Of a stretch of DNA of 64,000 nt, positions 1 to 13,764 are shown in pieces. The notes beneath the pieces were generated by a model. That model did no database searches and was not told the DNA's origin. It saw nothing but the letters and a program-made list of their open reading frames with translations. Source of the DNA: Camelus ferus (lineage: Eukaryota); assembly GCF_009834535.1 (NCBI RefSeq), contig NC_045697.1:95544001-95608000 (forward strand). The letters run 5' to 3'. A program made the translations under genes and the position numbers. The stretch's first letter is position 1. The number at the start of each line of letters is the position of its first letter.

Positions 1-84
1 TGTAAAATCATACAGGTATGGCATTGAAAGTAGTGCCTGACTCCAAAATTGGCATATAATACTTTTAATTATGAAATATTTGTA

Positions 85-200
85 ATAACCCTATGAACAC
101 AGATAATATTATTTTATTCAATTTTTAAAGAACAAAATTTGGACTTACAAAGAGTGAGTCACTTGCCCTGAGTTGAACAGCCGGTACGTGGTGGTGATTT
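85..200 (-). mobile_element. MIR SINE core fragment
   Basis: Degenerate reverse-oriented MIR core (…agagtgagtcacttgccctgagttgaacagc…). Confidence 0.55.
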
Positions 201-1744
201 AAAGAAAAGCAGCTCACAGTGACTGTAGCACGTAATCCTCCTCAAAAGATTGCAAGTGCCTTGGGGTGTGAGGCCAAGATGCTTTCCAACAATGTGTTGC
301 TTGGTAATTAATCTGGCATCCTAAAGTATATTCCACAATACATTCTTGTTTATTGTATGGTTATATAAGCAAAATCTGTTCTATCAGTTTTGGTATTTTT
401 TTTGAAAATGTAGGAACCAATTTATGAGATGGGGTCATTTTCTCCACATTTATCATTGCTATGGTATGATCATTATATCTTTTCTTAACAACTGTAGAAA
501 CTATATAATTAAATATTAACTTGAATTTCCATGTGAGTATAATTCAGTGGTTATGAAAAATCACAGTTCCCTAGTGTAAATCTACTCGAGTCAAAATTTT
601 GCCACAGGCAATTACGACTCACCAGTAATGATTTCCTTTAAAGTCAATTATAATGGCTCCTTACAAGATGCTGTATTACAAACTGATTCATAAGAACGTA
701 TGGCACGTGACTAAGTGATAGACGTTAAGGTACAAAAATGCAGCTATCACTAACCTCTAAAGTCTTATTTAGAACTAATGACCTTAAGATACACTGTTAT
801 GTCTATCTAAAGGCTCACCATTTGAATAAATTCTATCCTTTCCTTTCTTGTAACCATTGTGCTTGCTGTTGTTTTCAATTTGTGAGCCAACTGTCTCACA
901 CACATCTCCCCAAATCAAGCCCCAGATCGAATCACAACTTCCCTGTGTACAAATGTGGCTTTCTTATATCACAGCCAGGAACAAAAACAAAAGGGAAGAG
1001 AAGCAAAACAAAACATTGTAAAAGAAGGATATCTTTGCTATTATGATTACAAATATATTTAAATTCCACAGCGTTAGTACTCTGTAGTCGTATATGTAAT
1101 ATGAATAAGCTTGTATTTCAAATAAAACATCAACTAGTCAGCTAATCAAGGTTCCCCTTCAATATGCTATCTATACATATATATGTGTATGCATAAAGAA
1201 AGTGAGGGTTTTATAGATAATTGAAAATCAGAAATAATTCCAAATTAACTGAGATTCCATTTTGTAATGCTTTGGAGGATTTTAGCGTCTCTAATTATTT
1301 TTCCTCTTAGCTATGGTCTTTACTAGGCTTAAGAACCAAGGGAGTGATTACTTGTGGATAAGTTTTCCATTTGTACCTGTCTGAATGTAAAATTGTTTAC
1401 CAGGCTTACTTACATCCTTTGCTAATGATTTTCTGCTTCAGTTACATCAAATCAATTTTGAACTCCTGAATACATTGGAAGGTAGGGAATGGCGCAACGA
1501 GAAAAAGTTGGCTCAAAACATATCACAGAATCTCGTTTCATAGACTTAATAAACAACTGCTAGTACTCAGTGGGCTACATGACACATAATAGGTGCTTTA
1601 CAAGTCATTATGGAAAAATTACCATTGTTCTAACTACAGATATTCTTTGGTATCCTCTAGGACTTCAGTCTCATTAAAATGATGAATGCATTTTGATTGA
1701 TGTTAATCTTGAACTGCTAACAATAATCATTACAATATACCTAT

Positions 1745-1960
1745 TATTTACTGTGGGCTTATTACTATGTGTTCAGGCACTAAGCTAAACACCTTATGAT
1801 AGTATCTCATTAAATTCTCACATTACGTACTGCAATAATTTGGATTCAAATATGAAGGAACAAAGACAAATGGGAGATTGAATAGATTTCCCCAAGTTAA
1901 GTAATCACTGAATGTGAACTTGGCATTAAAACTCAATCACTACGACCCCATTACCACAGT
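1745..1960 (-). mobile_element. MIR SINE
   Basis: tatgtgttcaggcactaagctaaacacctt…tctcattaaattctcac…ttccccaagtta matches reverse MIR. Confidence 0.6.
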
Positions 1961-2159
1961 CGCTACTGGGAATTCTATTCTTATTCCTCAAGCTACACTA
2001 TTCAACTCTCTCTGTTTGGTACAGCAAATAGGAGTTTGAGTAAGAGAAATTTTGACTGAATTTCTGGGAGATAGCTGCGAGTAGGGTAAAGATCATTGAG
2101 TGACTTTTGCTTCTTATCAGCTATACAACTTTTGATAATTCATGATACTTCCATTACTA

Positions 2160-2625
2160 TTTTTTTCATGGTGTATGATCCTTTTAATGTATTGCTGAAT
2201 TTGGTTTGCTAATATTTTGTTAAGGATTTTTGCATCTACGTTCATTAGGAATATTGAACTGTAATTTTCTTTCCTTGCGGCATCCTTGTCTGGTTTTGGT
2301 ATTAGTGATGCTGGCCTCATAAAATGAGTTTGGAAATGTTCCCTTCTCTTCTGTTTTTCGGAGGAGTTTGAGAAGGATTAGTATTAATTCTTTGAATGTT
2401 TGGTAGAATTCACCAATGAAGCCATTTGGTCCTGGACTTTTGTTTCTTGGGAAGTTTTTAATTATGGATTCAGTCTCCTTACTTGCAGTCTGTTCAGATT
2501 TTCTGTTTCTTCATGATTCAGTCTTAGTAGGTTGTGTGTTTATAGAAATTTGTCCATTTCTTCTTGGTTGTCCAATTTGTTGATGTGTAATTGTTCACAG
2601 TAGTCTTTTATGATGCTTTGTGCTT
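2160..2625 (-). mobile_element. L1 ORF2 (reverse transcriptase region) fragment
   Basis: ORF 2117-2320(-) reads [10 protein letters not shown]…[35 protein letters not shown], the typical L1 ORF2 RT N-terminal segment. Confidence 0.95.
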
Positions 2626-3049
2626 TAAAATCAGTTTTCAGTTTTATTAGATAAAATTGATACAATTTGCCTGCATATATACAATATATTGCATGTAAAT
2701 ATGTATCTATATAATATACTGCACGTATTTTTTAAAACTTACATATATGTACTGTTCTTTGTTTCTAAGAACAGTTTAAAGATTTAGCTTTTTAAACTTA
2801 CATAGTTTTCAAAGGAATAATGACTGAGATAATATTTCCATTTGACTAAAAAGTTGTGAGAGTTTAATAGTAAAGAATTGTAACATGTTAACACCTAGAA
2901 CAAATGTTAAGGTGTTTTTATACATTCGAAAGGATAATACTTTCTTCAAATATTTCTTCATTTATTTTCTCAATTTTTTTTCATTTTGTCTTAATTACCT
3001 TTAGTTCATTATTAGTAAAATTTCATAGCCAAATACACTGATTCATACA

Positions 3050-4660
3050 AAAAGGCTGACAATGCTCAAAAGTCTGATCACCAACCTCTCATTCTTAAAC
3101 ATTGTCTGACAACCCAGCTATGTATCTCCTTTCAACTCACTCCCTTTAATTTTCATGACCTTTTAAGCCCTTTCCCTTCTGAAATGTCCAGCCTCTTTTC
3201 CTTCCCCCAACACATAGCTAACAACTGTGCCTCATATTTAGAGAGAAAATTGAAACCATCTAGTGATAGTGTCTCCCAGGATTAAAGATACAAGCCTGCC
3301 TATCCTTCTCCATCCACTTCCACCCACTTCCTTCCTGATACACCAGAGAAGCTTTGCCTCCTAATTCCAATCCACCCAAACCTTCCTGCATTTTCTGAAA
3401 TGTTGAAAAATGGACAGCTCTCTCAGTTCATTTGTATTGGCTTTGAAACACTGAGGCTATTAAGTCAGTGGCCTCAAAGTGAATTTTATGTCTCCAGAAA
3501 GCACACCCTTGTATAATCCTCTTTCTCATCAGCTTTGGCTTGGGCACAGGATTTGCTTTGGTCAATGGTACATTAGCAAATATGCGACAAGCAAAAGTTT
3601 GATAAGCACTTGTACATTAGGGCTTCTTCTTTTAGAAAACTCTTGGAATTCAGCTGCTAAGCTATAAGAGGACCTAAGTTAAACCCCTTGGTGAGATAGA
3701 GGTACTAAGGCACCAGGTGTGTGAGGTCCAACCTTCTTGGACCTTCCTACTGGCTCAACTACCAGCTGTGTATAGTTCTGAATGCCCATTGATAGGTCAT
3801 GTGGAGCACATAAATCACTCAGCCAAGTCCTGCCCAAATTAAGACCCACAGAAACATGAAAAATAAATTATCACTGTCTTAAGCTACCTCATTTTGAGGT
3901 GGCTGATTATAAAGCAGTAAATAGGCTCCAATATTTCCTCTTCAGAGAACAAACATAAAAATATAACATTAAAACAAATACAGACACGAGACCTGACCAT
4001 CCTGTATCTTCTAATTACCATACGTACACTCTGTTACCAAAAAAAAGTTCACAAAACAGTTTTCATCACTCACTACCCAAATGTCACAATTCAGTCTTCA
4101 GTCCACATGGCTATGTCTACTGCCCTATCCCACCAAGAACACAGCTCCACTGCAAGAGAATCATTGCCTCCCTTCCTCTAAACTTTATATTTCTTTTCTG
4201 ATTTTAAATGATCTCTTAAAAGCCCTGAATTTCTTTATAAAAATCCCTCCTTGAAACAGTTCCTTCCTTTACTTTGTGTTTCTTGATTTTTTTTTCCTGC
4301 TTACCTCTCTGGCAGGTTTGGGAGTCTCTTTTAAAAGTGTATGCTCCCTTATTCCGAAATTAAATGTTAATTCTTCTACAAGGATGCATCCTAGATTCTC
4401 CCATCTTTTCCTTCTTTTCTCACTATCTAGGATCTACTTTCTTACCTGATATTTAGTTTACCACTTGTACTTAAATGGCTTTCAAGTGTCTTCCAGTGTT
4501 TCCTATTTAAATCAAAATTACCACCATTCACCCAGTTATGCAAACTGAGATTGATCCTTCATATCTATCTCAAATTTCATGTCAAATAAAGCCCCAAATT
4601 GCTTTTGATTTTACTTCTTAAATATTTTTAAAACATCCACTTTATCCATAACCACAACCC
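3050..4660 (+). mobile_element. L2 LINE remnant interrupted by an MLT1 LTR
   Basis: Pyrimidine-rich L2-like motifs (gagagaaaattgaaaccatc, accaccattcacccagtt, acttcttaaatatt) on both sides of the MLT1. Confidence 0.65.
3455..3925 (+). mobile_element. MLT1 (ERVL-MaLR) solo LTR
   Basis: cacacccttgtataatcctc…ttgctttggtcaatgg…tcctgcccaaatt…ttttgaggtggctgattataaagcagtaaatag are typical MLT1 motifs. Confidence 0.8.
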
Positions 4661-4991
4661 AAAGTGATATATATGTGTGTGTATATAATTGTTTTAACAT
4701 AATATTTGGTATACTGCTGATGCTCACTTGTGCCAGTTTTGCTTGATCTAAGCAAAGAGCAAATCTAACATAAGATTAAGCTTAGGCATTCAGCATTCAA
4801 AAATGATGAAGAAATAAGTGATGAAATGTGTACGTCTGATATTGAGTATGAAGTTTGACTCCTCAGAGACGATAAAGATGAAGTTCTACTCTTAACAGGT
4901 ATTTTAAAGTGTAGCATATACTTCAGCGTGTCTAGTGATAGGTTGCCTATTTTGAATCTCACTACCTGGGAAGCTAGATGTCTGTCACTTC

Positions 4992-6432
4992 TTTTTTTTT
5001 TAATTGAAGTATAGTCAGTTTACAATGTTGTGTTAATTTCTGGTGTACAGCATAATAGTTCACTCATATATACATACATATATTCGTTTTCATATTCCTT
5101 TTCATCATAGGTTATTGCAAGATATTGAATATAGTTCCCTATGCTATACAGAAGAAACTTATGGTTTATCTATTTTATATGTAGTAGTTTGTACCTGCAG
5201 ATCTTGAACTCCCAATTTATTCCTTCCCATTCCCTTCTCCTACTGATAACCATAAGTTTGTTTTCTGTGTCTGTGATTCTGTTTCTGTTTTGTAAGTAAG
5301 TTCATTTGTCTTTTTTTTTTTAAGCTTCCATATGTAAATGATACCATATGATATTTTTCTTTCTGTTTTCTGGCTTACTTCAGTTAGAATGACAATCTCC
5401 CAATCTCCAGGTCCATCCATGTTGTTGCAAATGGCATTGTTTTTATTCTTTATGACTAAGTAGTATTCTGTTGTATAAGTGTACCACAACTGCTTTATTC
5501 AGTAATCTGTCGCTGGACATTTAGGGTTTTTCATGTCTTGGGTATTGTAAATAGTGCTGATATGAACATTAGGGTTCATGTATCTTTTTGAATTAAAGTT
5601 CCCTCTGGATGTATGCCTGGGAGTGGGATTGCTGGATCATATGGTAAGTTTATTTTTAGTCTTTTGAGGAATCTCCATACTGTTTTCCATAATGGCTGCA
5701 CCAAATTACATTCCCATCAACAGTGTAGGAGGGTTCCCTTTTCTCCACACTCTTTCCAGCATTTATTGTTTGTGGACTTTTGAATGATGGACATTCTGAC
5801 TGGTGTTTGACACCTCATTGTAGTTTTGATTTTCATTTCTCTGATCATTAGTGATACTGAGCATTTTTTCATGTGGCCATTTATATTGGCCATTAATATG
5901 TCTTTATTGGAGAATTGCTTGTTTAGGTCCTCTGCCCATTTTTCATTGAGTTTTTTATACCATTATTATTAAGTTGTATGAGCTGTTTACATATTCTGGA
6001 AATTAAGCCCTTGTCAGTCTCATCTTTTGCAATATTTTCTCCCGTTCTATAGGTTGTCTTTGTGTTTTGCTTATGATTTCCTTTGATATAAAAAGCTTGT
6101 AAGTTTAATTAGGTCCCATTTGTTAATTTTTGCTTTTATTTCTATTGCTTTGATAAACTGCCCTAGGAAAACATTGCTAAGATTTATGTCAGATAATGTT
6201 TTGCCTATGTTTTCTTCTAAGAGGTTTATAGTGTCTTATCTTATATTTAAGTCTTTAAGCCATTTTGAGTTTATTTTTGTGTATGATGTGAGAGAGTATT
6301 CTAACTTCATTGATTTACATGCTGCTATCCAGTTATCCCAACACTATTTGCTGAAGAGACTGTCTATTCCATTGTATATTCTTGCCTCCTTAGTCAAAGA
6401 TTAATTGACCAAAAGTCTGTGGGTTTATTTCT
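4992..6432 (-). mobile_element. 5'-truncated L1 (ORF2 C-terminus, 3'UTR, polyA)
   Basis: T-run at 4992-5001; cetartiodactyl-type 3'UTR (gaagtatagtcagtttacaatg); ORF 5217-5489(-) MWYTYTTEYY…; high similarity to the copies at 15.6 and 30.2 kb. Confidence 0.97.
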
Positions 6433-7445
6433 TAAATTTTTCTTTATACCTATTACATGATAAAGTTGCTAATAATAGTATGGAAGCTCAATAGCTCATG
6501 GTTATTTTCTGAAGTGGTTGGAGCATTTTCTTCAAAAGTGAGAATTTGGAAAAAGGAAGAAATGGTACTTCCATTTTTATATGAACAGGCATTATTGACA
6601 ACCTATCTATATACAAAGTAAAAAAAAAAAAACAACAAAAAAACAGGCTTCCCAAATAATTGATATCTTTTCTTACAGTCACCATATGAGTTTATATAAT
6701 CATATAATCACAACCCCTATTCCTCTCCCTGCCTAACTTCTTTTCTCAGAACTCTTTGTGTTTCTAGCTTTGGAATAACTTTTAAACTATCTGATCCTAC
6801 GACAGTTCATTGTTGACCAAGAGTTGTTTGGCCTTCTATTTTCACAAGTAGTCAGAGATACCAGTTGCAAAATATGGTTTTAAATTGCCCTTTCCTGAGC
6901 TTGGCAGCTATGTGAATTCTCATTAAATTTGTTTGTAATATTTATGACAGGATGCATGCATGAGGAAATCATTTATTAATGCCATATTTGTAGTGAGGCC
7001 TACAAGAAAACCTGTCCTTTGGATATAAATATAGTCAAGAATGCTATTAAAATAAAAAAAGAAATGAAAGAAAAAAAAAGAAAAAGGAAAAAGAAAAAAA
7101 AAAATACCATGACAGATCTCTGCTATGGCTGTAGAACTCTACTTTAAATTACATTAAAAACTGACATATATATTCTTGACATACTCTTCAGACCATGATT
7201 AATATATATTTCACTTTTCATCATGTGAGGAAAAGATGATACTATGGTTGAACCCCAGTTCCTGTTTTGTATGTTAGTTGCAACACAGAAATAAAGATAG
7301 AAAAAATTAGAGTTCTTATTAATGTGCATTCTTCAAGATGAACTATAAATTATTCATGTTTAATAGAAATCACTGCAGAAATAGAACTAAGAGTTAACCA
7401 CTAAAATTTTTAAATTTTTTATAAATAAAATAATTTCTAAAATAT

Positions 7446-7728
7446 TTTATTAAATTATAGTCAGTTTACAATGATGTGTCAATTTCTGGTGTACAGCATA
7501 GTGCTTCAGTCATACATGAAGATACATGTGTTCATTTTCATATTCTGTTTCACCATAAGTTACTACAAGATATTGATTATAGTTCCCGGTATGTTACAGT
7601 ATGAACTTGTTGTTTATCTATTTTATATATATTAGTATCTGCAAATCTCAAACTCCCAGTTTATCCTTTCCCAGTCCTTCCCCCCTTCTTCCCCCACTGG
7701 TAATCATAAGTTTGTTTCTATGTCTGTG
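7446..7728 (-). mobile_element. L1 3'UTR fragment
   Basis: Same 3'UTR sequence as the 4992-6432 element (tatagtcagtttacaatg…ctggtaatcataagtttg). Confidence 0.92.
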
Positions 7729-10700
7729 ATAGATAGAAAAATAATTTTTTTTTCAAAGAAAGACCCTTGTTTTAGGATTCTGTTGGACTACAGGTCATAA
7801 AGGATATAGCCATTCTCTATAGAATGCAATTATATTTTTATTATTCAGTAGAAAGAAGAATAACTGACTATAGAAATATTCTTATTTTTGTGATTTTTCA
7901 TAGTCCAAGACAGCAAGGTTTTAAATGTTTTAAAAGTGTTTAATAGTAGTAGCAGTATTTTTAAAGACTTTTAAAGAGTGCTGACTCTACCTTTCCACTG
8001 TTGGCTATTAAAAAGTAGGTTTAACAAAGACGTCAACAAACTATTTCTCTATTGTTCTTGAAATAGATATGCAGATGCATAATCTTTGTGTGTATATACA
8101 CATGCACTTTTATGAAAATGTGTTTTTCCCATATGACAAATTTGTTAATGCCTGTTACAAAGTGCCATCGTAATACTTTTGTGTTGAACTGACTAAGGGA
8201 AAAGATCAAGCAAAAATTTGCAATAGTGAGTCAAATTTCCACAAAGCAGAAGTTTGCTAATGTATGGTGGAGATTTTAGATGGAAAAGTATATCCATAGA
8301 TTGATGCACAGATTCACAGTTGCTTATCAGAAATTTTAACAAGTTGAAATTCAGTTGTAGAATTCACCAATAGGATAAATGTCTCCAATCTCTGATTAGT
8401 AAGCCCACAAATGTTGGATCTTTCTTTCTGAAATATAGATACATAATTATGCTCACAGACATTTTATTGCATAACATTAAAGAAATACAAAGACAGATTC
8501 TGTGGAAAGTGGATGATTTTGTCTATAGGTAAATTGTAATAAGAAGTCATCAAATTATAATAGTAAGTTTATAAAAATGAACTTGGAATATGAGAGTTTA
8601 ATTTTTGCCACAGAACTTATTCTGGCCTGAAACCAAAGTCAATTTTTGAAATTTTGACTGATTATATTCTGATCTGAACAGGTGATTGATTTTCATAGTT
8701 GAATTTTCAGTAGACAGAGTCTTACGTAAATTCATGGTGGAGAGACGGAATTCCATGAATTTCTAACAATCCTGCCCCCTCCCTCATTTTCTACACCTCA
8801 CACATAATTAGTATGTATTATATTTTGTATTAAGTGATTGGATAGAGAGTGGTTTTCTCATTTAAATATCTACTTTTCAGAAAACATTCTCAGTGTTATA
8901 GGTCTCCAATTTGCTTACTAAAATGCACCTGCCTAAATCGTTCTGCCTTAACTTCAAATTTGATTCATACATTTACCAGCCTGGCTCTTGTTTTTTTAAT
9001 AAAAATCATAGATGCATATACAAATTTAAGGTCATCAGTCATTCCAGTGCTATATAGAAGCATTCACTTCTCTAAAAAGCAAGCATCTAAAGAGCCAAAT
9101 TGGGTATTTCATACAATTGAACATTACAATTAATTCAATGCAGACTGACTTGCAAATACATAAGCATCAATAGAGAGGAGAAGTAATATAGTCAGAAATT
9201 ACCCATAATTAAATGTAGAATTTCTTCCATTCAGAGTTAAAATTATAAAAACTTTTATATAATATTCTTAAATGAGCTAATTTTATTAAGTTTTTATTGT
9301 GTTATGTAATCATCACAAAACCTCCGTGATGTAAGTTTTATTTTTATCTCAAGTTTTCAGATGTAGAAAATGATCAAGTGACTTTATCTCCATAAAAGCA
9401 GAGGGAATTCCTTGGAAGACATTTCCAAAAGGCCAGGACTTCTCACAGATACTAACTTTAATGGACAAAGACATATTCAGCAGATTGCAGCATCTACTCA
9501 CTCTTTCTCAATCCCTCTCTCTCTCTTTATACAAATGCAAACACACAAGCACACAAGCGCATATGCACTATTACCCGAACATGAGTGCCTGTGGCTACAT
9601 TCCCTCTCCCACTAGCTCTTGCCTGTGTTCTCTCTCTCTCTCTCACCCGCTCCCCTTTCTTTCTGCTTCCTAAAAGTTTTACTTAACCCTAACCATTACT
9701 CTTATAAACACCTGGAAAGGGCAGATCTTACCTGACTATTATAGGCAGCATTTGGATACTCCTAACAGAAAACCACAGTACAAATGACACCTAACTTCAT
9801 AGCTCACCCCCCTTGTAAGTTTCAGGCACTACACAAGCAAATAGAGCATTTGTGTGCTTATGTATGATATGAACAGCGACTTAGCAGAAAGTAAACCTGA
9901 AGACAAGTTTAATTATCTGTTTGTTTTCTTTAGTTTTCTCTTGCCAACTTAATAAATGATTTAAAAAAAACTGCTATGTAGTAAGTAGGATAAATTATTA
10001 TAAGCTCTTTAATCATTAATGCAGTAAAATGAGTGCTCTGCTGTAAAAATACATCCTAAAACAGTAGTTATGTTTGTCATAAAGTGTCGGCACCCTGGAC
10101 AGATTAAAAAGAGTGCTGAAAGTCTTTATCTGGAAGAGCAGCTCTCAGATATGTTATAAAGGTCCTGTAGAAACACACTTATGTAATGTTTCTATCTCAC
10201 TCACCTCTCAGAGCACAGATGTGTTTGTGAAGTAAAGGTTTCCTTATGATTTCAGAGGACTAATTCTGTGTTCATTGTCATACTGAAAGTAGAGAGAAAA
10301 CTTTTAATGCCTCAAAGAATTCATTTCACGTCAAGTTTTTCCATTAATTTAATGTCCTAAGAATTCACACAGGGGTTTTGGCAGTGGTTTGGCATTAAAC
10401 TGCATTTGAAGTGCCTACATAAGACGCAACAACATCATTACCTTGAATTAAAGTGCAAGAGGAACACTCTACTGGGAGCATTATCATATCCTACACGAAG
10501 AAAATAATTCATGAGTACTCTTCATAAAATTAGCTTTATTTCTCCATTCTAGGATGATAGAACAGTCTAAAGAATACGTTCTGAATCAGTAGCAAGCTGC
10601 CCCTCCTAAATCTCAATAACTGTCTAGGGTAATCTTCGACAGCTGGGTGCTATTAGGATTTGTTCTAATGGTGACAATGTGGAATTCGCTAACACAGAGC

Positions 10701-11679
10701 TTATTGCCACTTATCCAGCAGGGGCATGAAATGAGGTGACATGGTAATGAGTTGATACAAATGACTTTTGTAACTTTCACACTGCTACCAGGCAGAGGCA
10801 GGCAATCAGAGGGAAAACTATTGTCTGCCTTTCGTGATGGTTTTAATGTGTTCCATTTGATTTAATACTGCTGGTAGGCAAAACGTGAAAGGAAAGTAGG
10901 TCACTGCCTCTTTGCTCAGATAACAGGGCAGAACTTACCTGGTTTATGCTAAGACTTAACATTTACTTTCGCTGATGACAAAGAGATATATTTTGAGCTA
11001 AGACTTATGCCATTCATGGTAAATGTAGTATAAAATACTCCTAAGAGGAATTATTAAGCAGTAAAAGAAAAAATCTAATTTTAAAATGATACAAATTTAT
11101 TAAAGTAAAACTGAATTTAGCTACTTCCATACTCATTGGAAATAAAGGGCTCTCATATGGATAATCAGCATTTCAATTTAGGAATTTCTTAAGTTAGGAG
11201 TTGGACATAGTTTGTGAACATATGTAACTATTAGCCATTTTACTACTGCATCATTATCACAGATAAACTTCTAAATCAGAAAACTTGGCAAGTGTGAACA
11301 TAGCATTTGCTAAGATTTTAACTCCGAAAAATAAAAAGGATCTTTTTGGGATAGTCTTCTATTTTCGTTTACAAGTCCTTTTAGTTAAAACAGAACAATT
11401 AAACTGGCAAATGTATAAGATGTTGACCTCATTAATAAAATATGTTACATTTGTTGGCCTAATTCTTCCTCTCTTTACAGGACTTTTATTGAATTTTATT
11501 ATAAATGCCATTTTATATTAAGTAAAGAATTAACAGTCAATATAGCAGTTTAGACATTTCTATATGGGCAAATAGTATATAATAAAGAAGGAACACTTAC
11601 ATTTTGCAATGATTTCATTTCTATCAGCTTGGTACATTTTAGGAAAATAGCTAAAATATTGCTTCCATATTGTCGGTGA

Positions 11680-11900
11680 TTTTGACGCATACAAGCGCAA
11701 TTTGTACACGTGTCTTTTAAATGACTTTTAACTTTTTTCCGCCTCCCTCCTAGCACAGGAAAGGCGAAACTGTTTGAGATTAATTAGGTAGACACTGAAT
11801 GCTACATGCTCATGCGTGCAGGAAAAACCAGTTCCTGCCATACGCAGTAGATGTTACCGGAAAGGAACGCTGCAAGCTTGCCTCTGAATCCCCGCCGTCC
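11680..11900 (+). promoter_or_regulatory. Candidate promoter with local CpG enrichment and clustered TF motifs
   Basis: TGACGCA 11683-11689, E-box CACGTG 11707-11712, ETS/IRF-like GGAAAGGCGAAACT 11758-11771, GCGTG 11814-11818, ETS-like ACCGGAAA 11856-11863 and GC-box CCCCGCC 11890-11896, in an otherwise CpG-poor AT-rich region. Confidence 0.65.
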
Positions 11901-12219
11901 GAGGGAGGCAGCAAGTCAAAGCGAGCACAGCCTGGGACAAATTGGGGGCAGAGCCACTGCTGCTGCCCAGCCACTTCTCTGACCCATTGTTCTCCTGGGG
12001 AGAAATTATCTTTTCTTAAAAAAGAGCTTCAACTATTCATCCTCCATTGGCAGTTTCTCAGGGACAGCCAGGCTTTATGCAGTCATCAGAAGGAGGAAGA
12101 CTTTTGTTTGATATAACAGCCTAGCTGGAGACTGGAGAGGCGGGAGAGAGGTAGGGGAGTTCAATCCACTTCACTTTTGTGTAAAGGACAATTGAGGCAC
12201 CTTTTTAAAGATGAAAAAG
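11900..12219 (+). other. Candidate first exon (5'UTR), start approximate
   Basis: Unique sequence of higher GC directly downstream of the promoter-like motifs, ending at donor AAG|GTAATT (12219/12220). Confidence 0.5.
12211..12219 (+). CDS. Candidate 3-codon coding part of a first exon (Met-Lys-Lys) of an unidentified gene
   Basis: aaagATGAAAAAG|gtaatt: A at -3 (Kozak) and a phase-0 GT donor; no downstream exon confidently identified. Confidence 0.4.
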
Positions 12220-12539
12220 GTAATTTCCTATCTAGTAAAATTTAGGAAAAGAATTTATTTCCCAGTTTCTACAGAACGTGTAACTGAAAAGCAATATATA
12301 AAATACTGAAGATGCTAGAATGAGTGTAATGCAAACAAAAAATTCTAAGTCAAGCTGTCATGCTTCAGGAGTTAAAAGAAAACTGTTCTTAAAAAAAAAA
12401 AATCTCTGTAAAGAATTTCAAATTACCCTCATGCTTTCTTGGGAGTTTAAGCACTGTATAAAAATTGTTAGGGAGATTTTCTCCAAAACTTGAAGCTATG
12501 GTAGTGATGATTTGATTTAGAATATAGACTATGTGGTAT

Positions 12540-12905
12540 ACTCAGTTTTTCCTTTGGGAGTCAGGGAGCTTTGAGTGTTACGCTAGTCATAGGATGACAT
12601 CTCAAGAGCAATCCTGTTAGCGAGTGATGAATTTTAATGATTCAGAACCAACAATGTCAAAATTAAAAGATAAAAAAGAATAGAAAGACTAGACATAAGA
12701 ACTAGTATAACAAAAAAGAAAAACAATGAAGTGCATCAGAGGTAGCAAAGTTAATTGTATTTCCTGAACTTTTGCTTCAATTGTGTGTGTGTATGTTTGG
12801 ATGTATGTGATATTTGTCATAGTTAAAATATTTTATTAAATATTTTATATATATATGTATTTTTTTTCTGTGGGTTACGGTTCAGAAAGTTGGAAAATCT
12901 TTGCT
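12540..12905. mobile_element. hAT-Charlie-type non-autonomous DNA transposon (MER) relic
   Basis: Starts cagtttttcc…; ends gggttacggttcagaaagttggaaaatctttg, resembling MER terminal motifs. Confidence 0.45.
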
Positions 12906-13764
12906 CTAGATTAGCAGAAAGTGAAATATAGCAAATAGCATGTTTGCTGATAACCAGGGCCTGTGTGTATGTGTTATGATGCCAAGAATGGAGAAAACCA
13001 ATCCTGGTTTAAATGTGTACCCCAAACTGAAAGTCACAGGTATTCTGAATAGGCAGGCTTGACCTGTGTTCCATCTGCTGCTTTAACAGGAGATCCACTC
13101 AGTGTGCTGAGAAGTATGTAGCTCTAGAGATTCACTATTTCACCAGGGATAATTATTCCCCTGGGCAACACATTGGAAAGTAGCTAGGGTGAAATACAGT
13201 TTTTCTTTTTCCCTCAGTACAGTGTATATTTATGAAACACTAGTCTGGTCTCTGGGCGTAAGTTGGAGGCAGTGATAGAGTAAATGTTATGTATTAATCA
13301 TTTTTCAGTACCTTAAGAATGTATAATATGTAAGGGGGGTATTTATTGAACAGTAGAATTTTAAAGCCATATGTTAAGGTAGGTCCATACCTTCAAGGAG
13401 GTCATGATGTATAGGTAAATATAAATCAACTAATAAATAAATTATGATACAATTTGTTAAGTATAAATGTATCTACAAGCAAGTACAAGGAATAAATCAG
13501 AGAATTGTAAGGTATCATTTGAAATAAATATAGAATTATTAGAACTTGAATGATAAACTGGAAGAAAATTGTAATAACTGGAAATGGTAAAGGCACTGAA
13601 GCATGATATATCAAAGGGAAGCTTAGTAAGCTGTCTAGTTCAAATAATAATTTTATCTGTAAATATATGAAGATTATGTTATACTATATAGTATTATTGT
13701 TATATATAGTGGTCTATAAAATATTAAATATCAATAAAACCTGTCCAAAATGATGTTTTTAATT

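Noticed and set aside
4783..4898. Acidic exon-like stretch (HSAFKNDEEISDEMCTSDIEYEV*LLRDDKDEVLLLT) ending CAG|GTATT
   Set aside because: In-frame stop, weak acceptor and no recognisable homology
8728..8762. 10-bp inverted repeat (also one at 33854-33880)
   Set aside because: Too short for a pre-miRNA and expected by chance in AT-rich DNA
11799..12116. 105-aa ORF over the promoter/5'UTR
   Set aside because: Starts within the promoter motifs and has no family resemblance; a chance ORF in GC-richer DNA
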